Of a stretch of DNA of 64,000 nt, positions 26,654-37,100 are shown in pieces. Position 1 is the stretch's first letter. Every line of letters starts with the position of its first letter. The translations under genes were made by a program, and so were the position numbers. Origin of the DNA: Anthoceros angustus (Eukaryota; Plantae; Anthocerotophyta); assembly GCA_010909165.1 (NCBI GenBank), contig VJWM01000025.1:1860001-1924000 (forward strand), written 5' to 3'. The notes under the pieces were generated by a model. The model was not told the DNA's origin. It searched no databases and worked only from the letters and a program-made list of their open reading frames with translations.

Positions 26654-28173
26654 GGTTGCTATTTATAGTCAGTGATGGAGCGTAAGAGTTTGGAGCGCAA
26701 GCATCCGCTGTAGATGGAACGTAATGGAATGTTTTTAATGCAAGACCTGCATGTTGTCCCCGTGAATTTTGGGTACATTCGTATTATTAGATGCCCAAAG
26801 TACTTTTCCTTTTCAGACCTCTGAAGGTCATATTCCCATATAAAATGTTTCAACTAAGTGGGAGTATTAGAATATGCTTAGTTAAATAATCGTTAATGCG
26901 GTTATTACCTTAGCAAGGTAGTTTCTCATTTTAGTTAAGCAGTTAAGACGGTTTCATAACCGAGTAGTTTGGCTATATAACACTTTCTACTTTTCCATAA
27001 TACATTACATTACTGTTGATTCTCCTTGCCCATGTGCGCCTACGTGCTCGCGTCCTGGCTCACCCGTGTTAGATCACCGTCTTAGATCCTGGCTATGGCA
27101 TACGCGTCATACCTCGTTTTAATTCTCACATCCTTGGGCCTTGGGACAAGGTCAAGGAGGCCTTCCAGCTCTTCTCCCATGAGCTTTCTTTGGTTGGCTT
27201 GAAGGTCAAGCTCTCCAAGTGCCGTGTTTGGTCCCCTGCTATTATCCTTTCCACTTTGCGCCTCCTCACGGAGATTGCTTCCTTGGGTCTACTGATTTTG
27301 GGGTCCCTCTCCCCCCGACTCTACTAGGAGTTTCCTAGACTAGGCTCGCGGAGGACCCGTCCCATGTCGAGGACCTCCCTGCTGGGGATGCTGTGGCCTT
27401 GAATTCTTTCCTCCTACTGCTAGGCGCCCTAGTTACCTCATTAGCACTCCCCGCTCCGATTCTCTTGTCTCGATCGCACGGGTTTGACAAGAAGATAATG
27501 GATACTTGGGGACATCATGGGCCCTGTATGGCTCGAGTGCCCTCGCGGCCGATTTGGCTAGTCGGCAAGCCGTGCTAGTGCAATTTGGGGCGCCCGGCCT
27601 ACTCTCACTCGAGGTTTCTTCCCAGTTCGCAGAGCTGGGCCCTACCGCCCGCTTCGCTCATCTTTCAAGAGGCCCTTTGTGGAGGATCTTATGTCTAGTG
27701 TGGAGGAGGGAACCTTCCTTCTCCAAATTTCCTTGAGGCAGCCAAGGAAATGCTTTCTCATGGATGATGGCGCGGTTGTCCTTTCTTATTTCATTTTTAC
27801 TTCAAACAACGAGTCTCCATTGCCCTTTAAAGGGCCCGCCGATGGCAATCTTTAACAAAGCGATCACGCGGTGTGACGCTTGTTCCTCTTCCTCCGTAGT
27901 TTGCAAGCCATTTGTTCTTCTTGCATATGATGTTCTAGGAGCGACGTAACTTTTCACCTTGACCCTGGGGTCCACCTTCGTTGTCCTCTCACCGGATGGG
28001 TTTTCCCATCGCTTTTTCCCCAATAAAATATACTTTTACTTGTATAAGGCAAACAAGAGAAAACATTGATCCCGAAAGGGTCATCCTAAGAATGAAATAT
28101 TAATTAATATTTATAATATATAATTAAAACTTAATACTAATATATGTACTCATCTTTGTGGACTCTTTTTAGC

Positions 28174-29193
28174 CTAGGTCCTTAGTGGACTTAAATAAAA
28201 TTCTTCTTCTTGTTCTTTTATGTGTCAAACTAATAAAAGTTCAACGTGTTCAAGTCTAACCAAGTCTCGAGCTACAACTTCAAGTTGAGGTTTTATGAAG
28301 TCAAACTAATAAGAGCTCTTTTCGTCAAGTCGAATAAAACCCTTACTTGTTAAGGTTGAAAGCTCAAAAGTTACAACCACGCCTATTCTCTATTCTCTAG
28401 TTGTTCGCGTGTCCATCCATGTGTGTCCAAATGGCCTAGGCCAAATGGACACACATTTATAAGAACGCCGTGATTAAGCATCCTTAGCTTGGATCGGTAC
28501 TTAGAAGGGGTGCCTAAAGGGAATGGATGCCCTTGGTGCAAGTAACTTAGGCAACCATGGTACAAGTTGTTAAGTACCAAGTCCCATGACGGAAATCCGT
28601 CCTTAGTGGACTTAAATAAAATTCTTCTTCTTCTTCTTCATAAGGTGGCTCAATTTCATCCATCATGCTCTCAAAAGTTTGTCCATCCACGGCGAGCTTT
28701 GCGTGACACATCTCCAAGAGTTATAGTATACCGTAGCGTTGATAAAGTGCCTCTTCTTGTTTTCATTGAGCCATCGACTTAAAACTTGTCCTTGGAAACG
28801 ATTTTGTGCGGTGAAACCACGAGATAGATTGGTAGATCCTAAGACGTCATCTTGCCAAGAATGAGCTACAAAATTAATTTCAAGTCTCCTCTTAACCTAT
28901 CTTGTTGAATGTTAAGTTCAAGGGTTGAAACGAGATTGAGCGAATAATGAGTAATGAGAACGGAAATTGAAAGGTGTGACAAAGCGGAGATGTGTTGGCA
29001 TGCCAAAGATGATTCTTTTATGGTGAAGTGATGGTATTTGCATTCCACTTAATTTCAAGGAGCAGGGGCCTTACAACAAGTTAATGATCGACTAGGAAGT
29101 TCCTTAGGGTCTTTGAACAAGAGCCAATTGCAAGCAAAGATCATACAATGAATTAATAAAAATAAAAATATTTATAACTATCCTCAATCTCAT
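28174..29193 (-). pseudogene. Unknown companion ORF ('ORF-X'), frameshifted, copy 2
   Basis: Near-identical to 545-1540; ORF 28383..28580 VLNNLYHGCLSYLHQGHPFPLGTPSKYRSKLRMLNHGVLINVCPFGLG. Confidence 0.4.
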
Positions 29194-29237
29194 TGTCGAG
29201 TGTATGTGACTACTTCTTACATGTTTTTCTGTCTTTT

Positions 29238-30324
29238 CTATCCTCTCGTGTATGTTGATGGTTGGATGGATGAAAGTTTTCTCCTCTTATTTTGAGGGAT
29301 TTGGATGAAAAAGGTTTTGAAACTTTTTGCGTCTTCATTAACCTTCTCCTTCTCCTTCTCCTTGTGTATAAACCCTTTACCATGGCACTCGATTATTTTG
29401 TAATAGAGTAAGTGCCTTATACGTATTGAAATAAAATTTAAATCTTCAAAGTAAAACTCGCGAGATATGTTTTGTTCTATACTAGCATGTTTTGGTTTCC
29501 CTTTAAAAACGGATGTAGTAAAGCTTCTTTAGCTGTGATTCTCTCTAAAGGGTCCATAGCAAGAAGCTTCTTAAGAAGCGATAAGGCTATGGGATCGGTA
29601 TCGAAAACCGATTTTCTAAAAACTTTTCCAAACTTCCTACGTTGTTGTTTGATCCACTTCAAATAAATATCCACGTTGTAATATTTCCGCGAAAATGCAG
29701 CCTATGCTCCAAATATCAATTCTTGAGTTGTATGTGTTAAACTCGTGAGAATAGATTTCCGGTGCAGTAAGATTCTTCCTATGAAATAATCAATCGGTAA
29801 AAGGATACTATATCTATTTTCCGAATAACACAGCTTCTCCGAAATCACATAATTTAAGGTTACCACTATAACTCATTAATATATTTGCTGGTTTCAAATC
29901 TCCATGGACAACATTTGCCGCATGCAAATACTCCACTCCTTTGAGGATTTGATAGAGTAAATCTCGTTGTTCATCGAGTGAAGTTGTCTGCTTTCTTTAA
30001 AATTGTGAATAAATCTTCTTTCATCAATTCCATCACTATATATATATCATCATAATTTTCATTTGGTGGGAGAATTACATCTTTGAATTGAATAATATGA
30101 TCATGTTGTAAAGTGTGCAACATTGTCGACTCTCTTAAGGTGCGTAGAGTTTTATTTTGAGTTTCATATATAATAATATGTTTTATAGCCACATGTTCAC
30201 CATCGTGTTTTTCGCTTCATATACTTTTCCGAATGCTCCATGGGATAAATATTTAATTTTGTGGTATGAAGATTTATATGCGTAACTTTGAAACATGCAT
30301 CGATTTGTTTGGTACCCTGCTCAT
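29238..30324 (-). pseudogene. Intronless MAPK-derived kinase, frameshifted as assembled, copy 2
   Basis: KYLSHGAFGKVYEAK, DFGEA, APEIYSHEF, DPIALSLLKKLLAMDPLERITAKEALLHPFL; indels differ in position from copy 1. Confidence 0.85.
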
Positions 30325-31119
30325 TTCAAAAATCTTAAAAGTCCGAATACTAAAAGGTCTTGCACTTTAAAGTCTCGCCCAAGGAAACTAGCACACCGCT
30401 ATTCACTAGGGCTAATCAACATCGGGCTTGGGCGCAATCATCACGCAATATGTTTTCTCACCCACATACTTCAATCTATAATGACTATGAACCTTGGCAA
30501 GGAGCCGGTATTCTTATTAATAGAGAATGATAGAAAATGTTTTATGTGAGGATCAACTCCTAATTTATACTAGAGAAGAAGGATTCTCAAAGAAAGACTA
30601 TATCAAAGCTTCTAATTCTAGTCTCTATAACTTAAATTATTCTAAAGTTGTCTTTATAGTATGTGTTGTTAAGAAGGTTGGGTTGTTCTCAATTGAAAAG
30701 GTAGTTGTTAAATTAGGAAGCTCAATTCCAGTTTATTTTACTTAATGTCTTCTAAACTTTTGTTGATGCTTTTTGTTACTAAGAAGGTTTGGTTGTCCTA
30801 ATTAAGAAAATAGCTTTAATTTAAGAAGCTTCTATTTGTAGTTTCTCTAACTTGATGCTTGTCGTTCTCAATTAAGAAGGTCATTTTAATTTATTAAGCT
30901 TATAATTCCAATTCTCTTTCACTTAAGTTTTTCTGACCTTTCTTTAAAAATAATGCTTGTTACCTTTTCATCCGCCTTGCTTTTGAGACTTATTGTGGTA
31001 TGCAAGTTAATCCAGGTGTGTACCAAGGCCTATCACTTACGAAGGCAGGCCTGTGGCAAGGCATTAGAAAAGGTGTGAAGGCGCAGAAAAAAACGTAAGG
31101 TTATAAAAAATAAATCTAG

Positions 31120-31700
31120 AGCTTTCATCTAAGCTTGCCGTCGATTCAATCCTTTGGAAGCCCAAAACGTCATCGGTATTAATACAGCCTGGTGCATTAC
31201 CATTTACATTTCTACGGCAAAAGGTCGGGGTTTGAGGGTTCGAGGTGCCCCATCAAACCTTTGTCCACTTTGAGGGAAGTAAAGTGGAGCACATAAAATA
31301 AGGATATTGCTGCGGGTGCGGAATGACAAGGTAGACTTGTTGCATATGTGTAAGACAAACTTCTTCCCATTGCTGGTAAATGATTCTCACATCCTTGGGC
31401 CTTGGGACAAGGTCAAGGAGGCCTTCCAGCTCTTCTCCCATGAGCTTTCTTTGGTCGGCTTGAAGGTCAAGCTCTCCAAGTGCCGAGTTTGGCCTTGGGT
31501 CTACTGGTTTTGGGGGTCCTCTTCGGCTCCTCTGGCTTACCTGGGAGCTTTCTTCTGGAAACGGGTATCCATCGCCCTCTAGAGGACGTTGGCCAATGCA
31601 GTTTATAGGACGATAGTGAATGTAGGGCATGCGACATCTTTTGCACCAGTAGTAGGTAGGCCTTTTCTTACCTGGACCTGACATTCTTGGAACAATAGGT
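31120..31700 (+). mobile_element. Internally deleted CRE-like non-LTR retrotransposon (contains empty sites of Copia-1 and Copia-2)
   Basis: ORF 31307..31582 has RT end (DSHILGPWDKVK..KCRVW) fused to C-terminal FFWKRVSIAL.RTLANAVY; 3' sequence resembles 57590-57700 on minus strand. Confidence 0.65.
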
Positions 31701-31944
31701 AGTTTCAATATGACAATCGCGAGGCTAGTTTCCCTGGGTAAGGAGCTTTGGAGGGTTGTTACCCCTTCATCCGGTTCCCCTTCGTCTCGGGGTAGATGGA
31801 TTTCGATGGCTTTTTTTCATATAAAGCCTCCACGTTACCCATAAACAACAGCCACACAAGCGATTATGCCTCGTTGTTGTAAAGACCGTGCGGGGTATAT
31901 TATAAAAGCCCATCGTGTCCCTCCTACTGCAAACTTTCAAATGC

Positions 31945-32083
31945 AAGGCCGGTCCTCTCAATCGCTATTGTAATAAAGGCCGATTGGTCTCTCTCTTTAG
32001 TGCAAAGCTTTAAGGCCGATTCTGCAGCTCGCTGTTGCAATTCTCAAAGGCCGATTGTGGCTCTTCCTGCCGTAAAGGCCGAT
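31945..32083. promoter_or_regulatory. Cluster of five AAGGCCG(A/G)T motifs upstream of GDSL gene
   Basis: Motif at 31945, 31976, 32012, 32047, 32075 with unrelated spacers, ~350-490 bp upstream of ATG 32431; function inferred. Confidence 0.4.
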
Positions 32084-32430
32084 CCTGTCTCCGTGTAAGG
32101 TAATGTCTGTCGTCTCCCAATATTATGAGGCACATTGCACCTCTCTGTGTTTTGTAATTGCAAACACATGATGTCTCAGCCAACAGCAAAGGGGAAGGAA
32201 GGAATAAAAACGTTGGCGAGGAATCCGGTACTGTCATGTAAAGATGCGGTGATGTAGGTATTATGTCCCACTCAAAGACACCAAGATGGGCGGGAGGTAG
32301 CGTGCGGGTGAGCTGAGAGAGAGCCTTTGTGAGTGCAGATGGATGCTGCTTTTTCTGGGCTCATGAGCCCTACCACAAGCGCGTCGCACCGACTCCATTA
32401 TTCAGCCAGCAAGGAAGAGGTTTGGCAGCC

Positions 32431-33872
32431 ATGGCCTGCAGCACCAGCACGACTCTGAGCTGCGTCGGCCTGTTTCTGGCATTGCAGCTCCGGATCGTGA
32501 GCTCGGGTGGATCCGTCACTCCCGATGGCGGCACATGCTACCCGGCCTTGTTCAGCTTCGGGGACTCTCTGGCGGACACGGGGAACCAGGTGGCCGCCTT
32601 CCCAGCCACCACCAATTCCGAGAACCTGCCGTACGGGATTACGTTCTTCAACGGGTCGTCCAGCCGGAACAGTGACGGCCGCCTTGTGATCGACTTTCTT
32701 GGTAAGCCCGGGCTTCTGGGTCTCGCCGGGTTGGCTGGCTGGCCCTGTTGGTTGGAGTTGAGGGAGCTGGAGCTGAGCATTTGCGTTGTTTGCTCTGCTT
32801 GCCCGGGCAGCTCATGGGCTCAATCTCCCGTTTCTCAGCCCTTACCTGGAGAGTGTGAAGTCGAATTTCGAGCACGGAGTGAACTTCGCAGCTGCGGGGG
32901 CGGTGGCGGTGACCCCAGCAGGCTTCGCGTTCACGCCGTTCAATCTCCCGGTGCAGGTGAACCAGTTCAAGGCTTTCGAGAAGAAGGTGACCGAGGCTGC
33001 TTTTGTGCCAGGGGTGCAGTATCCGTCTCTCGATGCTGCAGCATTCGATCGGGCTTTGTATGTAGTCTCCATCGGTGGGAATGACATCAAGGACAAGCTC
33101 GTGGAGGGGAGCACGTTTGGCGAGCTTCTTGAATACCTTCCCACGGTCCTTCGAAACGTTGTGGCTGCTGTGGAGGTATGGCTGTTGCTTTGCTGCTTCG
33201 TCACCCTCTCCAGAAGCTGAATGTGATTTATTCTCTGTCTCCATCGGCGCAGGATCTGTACCAGACAGGAGCCAGGAACTTTCTTGTGCAGAACATCCCA
33301 GCTCAAGGCTGTTGTACCTTCTTTCTGGCGAAGTTCCCAGGAGGCCCTGAAGATTATGACGAGCTTGGCTGCCTGGCTCCACTCAACGCTGTAGTGAAGG
33401 CCTACAACAGCCTTCTGCACGAAGCTGTGCAGTCCCTACGTCGAACACTTCCTGAAGCCACACTTATCTATGCTGATTACTTCCAAGTCAATATCGACAT
33501 CATGAGAGATCCGGGGAAATATGGTAAGCATAGCTTGGCATTTGCAGGCGGAAGCCAGATTCTACCTTTACGTACCTCACCGGGTTTCCGTGAATGGCTG
33601 TATCAGGGATCAAGAACACTTTCGATGCTTGCTGCGGCAGAGGAGGACTCTATAATTTTGACTGGGGGTTCATTTGCGGATCCACTAGATTTGAAAACGG
33701 GGTGCAGGTGCAGACCACAGTCTGCTCCAACCCATCAGAATATGTGAACTGGGATGGTATACACTTCACTGAAGCATTCTACAGCATTGTGGGAAAAGCA
33801 TTCCTTGCAGGACAGTATCTGGAGCCGAGCCTTCCTTTGCAAGGCTGTACCCGACTTACTGCCAGCTCTTAA
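32431..33872 (+). CDS. GDSL esterase/lipase, 4 exons (32431-32701, 32811-33175, 33253-33523, 33607-33872)
   Basis: Signal-peptide-like N-terminus, [47 protein letters not shown]; GT-AG introns restore frame. Confidence 0.95.
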
Positions 33873-34119
33873 AATTCTCGGCATAGAAGTGGGTCCCAAA
33901 GTGGCAGAAGTTTGAATCTCCACAGCTTTTTCATGAAAAGTCGTATATTTGGAGACGAGCAATAGATTTGAGGTCCCGAATTGACTGGGTTTCTTTGGAG
34001 GTGCCGATCAATTGTTTGACAGTTCTGCAGCTTTAATTGATTGAATTATGCAGAAGAAACCATTCGACAGACTAAATATGTAAGCACGGTTAACAGCGCA
34101 ATAGACACTTGCAACCAAG

Positions 34120-37100
34120 CTACTCAAACCATCTCCTGATGTCATCTCCAGTGATCTTTCCTCGCGCCTTCCCCTGTCCCTGGTCACCCGAGAAGTACTT
34201 AGACCGGTACTCAGCCACAAGCTGATCCAGCCTGTCTTCACCTGGTCTCAACCCTCGAGTTTTCTGTTTCCTCTCACGCCGAGATGCTTCCTTAGGAGGT
34301 TTGCTTGGCTTCTGATGCTTCTGTCGCTGCAAGTGACAACCAGCGCCAGCAGTTCAGCAACGCATCTGATCCACACAACCATGACTCTAGTACTTGGTTC
34401 TCTTGCAATCATGGGGACTGCCACCTCTGGAAAATGATACAAAATTCAAATACCTCAATGCGGGGCTTCGTTCTTGGGAGATGGCCGTCCTTTTCTTTCA
34501 CCCTCTCATCCATGGGCTTGGACTCAACCGGTACCACAGGTACACCTGTTTGGCTTGAACTTGCAATCTTCTTATCTCTACCTTTAGGCCCTCGCTTGCT
34601 TCTTGCCACTATCTCTCCCCCAGGACTTGTGTCTTCAACAGAGTTTGCAGCTTCTGTTGGCTGGCGCTTTCGTTTAAGCACTTTCTTCCCTTTCCCCTTT
34701 TCTCCGTGTACGTTTTCCTCTTTTGTATTGGTAGCCTTGTCCTCCAGCTGCCTTTTGGGTCCAGGGTTTGCAGGTCCTCTGCCCTTGTTAACATCCTTCT
34801 CACTGTTGCTCTTCTTTGCAGCAGCCACACGCTCCTCACGTTTTCTAAGAGCCTTCACACTCTCGATGGCAAATTCAACTATTGGCCGATGCTCAGATCC
34901 AAACAGCTCTGCACAAATCAGAACAAAAAGCACAAATGAGTGAGAACTCAAGGTCTTGCAGAAAGTCCTTCCATATAAATTTTGGAACCTTCCCAACAAA
35001 TTTTGGAACAAGCCTCCCAACAGCTTTAGAGGTGAAACTAGGGACAGAGCAATACTCGGATTGTTGTTTAAAGCACGAAGGGCAACAAGGGCATGTTGAT
35101 GCTCTGTGAACTCAACAAATGCTGTGCTACGAGCCTTGGTGTCACCAGCCTTAGTAACATCTTTGAGAATCTTCACCTGAAATCAAGGACCTAGCCAGTT
35201 AGAAACGGCACACACTGAGCATCAGGCTTGAGCATACGGTTACATGTGAAAGGCCACACCTGCTTAATCACAGGCTTTTGCTTGGAGGCACGAGATAAAA
35301 CAGCATCAATGAACATCTTCTTTAGCTCTTTCTCTGACATTGTCTTTGGGATATTATGAGCTGCTAGACGAGTTCTTGAGACATGGAAGTTTGGGCTCCT
35401 GAGTTTCGTGGCTTTCTCATGCTGTAACCTACATGACACAGCACTAGGTCACGTTCCTGAACAAAATTGCCTCACTACAACCTCCTCCCAAAGGGAAACT
35501 ACTTACTGCTTGCGCTTCAAAATATCTGCCTTGGACACTCCTTCTGCAGCTGGAGTGCCCTCCCAGATAGCTCCCTCCTGCTCTCAAGATTTGAACATGA
35601 CTACTTTTTGAAAACCTAGAATGCATGGGAAAAGTAACACTTATCAACCAATCCTACGCCTGTCTAGATCAGTCGTCCAGGTACCTGCGCAAGCTGTAAG
35701 TTACGTCGATCACCAGTCTCTTCCTTGGACAACTTCACTGCAATGTCACGGGCTGCTTGCTGTCCAACAGCTACATTTACTTTCACAGCCCTTCCTCCAA
35801 GAACAATTCCTCCACTTGGTCCATTCTCATTGTTGCTGGCAGCAGCTTCAGCGGCACTTGCTGCTTCAGCAGACCCAAATTCCAGAAAAGCAGTCCCTCT
35901 AGGCCTCCTGCGAAAGCCACGAAATCAGTTAACTCAAACAAAACACTTTTGGACAGAGTGCCTTCCGACAAGCTGCAAGAAAGGGGTATAAGGTTTTGAA
36001 CTGACTTGGTGATGGGATGGAGGACCAGGCGTACTGCCTTCACCTCTCCAAACACAGAGAACTTATCTCCCAGTTCGGAAACATTTACTTCAGTAGGAAG
36101 GTTTCTGATGAAAACTGTCTTTGCAATGTTATCTGATCCCTTGCCTCCCGCAACAACTCCATCTGTCTTTCCTTCTGGTTTTCCAGCATTCTTTGCAGCT
36201 TCCCGATCTACAGCTATGCTTAAAACAAGCACCTGCCCACCAACGTTGATTCCATCCGCCTCCTTTGAAGCAGCGACAGCTGCGTCTGCTTCTTCAACTG
36301 TAGCAAACTCCATAAAAGCTGTCCCCTTCGGCAGTCTGCCACAACACAAATTACCCTTATCACTACAAACCCATGCAACACAACTGCATATAAATGAAAA
36401 TCACTTCGGAGGCAGTCTACTCTTGGAAAGGAGATGGAGGCCTTACTTCGTCTCTTTATCATAAACCAATCGGAAAGTCTCCACCTGTCCATAAACTGAA
36501 AACTTATTTTTCATATTAGCTACTTTGACAGTGGGGGGCAGATTTCTCACAAACACAGTTCTCCTCAACGCGTCAGCTGCATTTTCAGCAGACACTGCAG
36601 GTACTTCCTTCCCTTGCTTATTTTTTCTGGTAAGAAAATTTTCTTTAGCTCCTACTTTTTCGGTATCTTCATCACCATCATCAAGATTCACAGGCTCTGC
36701 CACATTTGACGACATTACTTTTTTCATGACATTCCTGATCATGTTCAATTCATCATGTGGGTCCAAATTGCTGGTCTCTTTGCCCTCTGCAATTACTGGT
36801 TCAATCCTTTTGTCTAGATTATCAACCAAGTTTCTTTTCTTCTTCACTTTGGGCTCCTCTTCTACTTCCTCCTCTTCACTTGCAGATTTGGCTTCCTCAT
36901 CCACAGGGACAGCTGATCCAGTCTCGTTTCCTGGCAGATCGGCCATCACACCACCCTCAGAGAAAAGCTATACTATGACGACCAAAGTTTCTCAAGCTCA
37001 GCCACCAGAAAAAAATGTGCGGAAAAAGAAGTACTCGCAGTCACTTGTCAAAATGAAATCTTGTGAAAGCTGTCCGGAGAACTGACCGGATGCCCCTGAT

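Larger units (their letters stand above)
20307..27121 (+). mobile_element. Ty1/copia LTR retrotransposon (Copia-2) with non-canonical TA..TA termini
   Basis: LTRs 20307-20609 and 26865-27121; ATTCT TSD (20302-20306, 27122-27126); PBS 20610-20620; PPT AAGTGGGAG 26856-26864; empty site GATTCTCACATCC at ~31382. Confidence 0.95.
20034..27990 (+). mobile_element. CRE-like non-LTR retrotransposon remnant (20034-20306 + 27122-27990), split by Copia-2
   Basis: Rejoined sequence reads DD(S/T)HILGPWDKVKEAFQLFSHELSLVGLKVKLSKCRVWSP (RT core end), then RQAVL..FGAPGLLS and PFVLLAYDVLG-like RLE motif. Confidence 0.6.

Noticed and set aside
31945-32083. CRISPR-like repeat-spacer array
   Set aside because: Repeats only ~9 bp, spacing irregular, eukaryotic context, no cas genes
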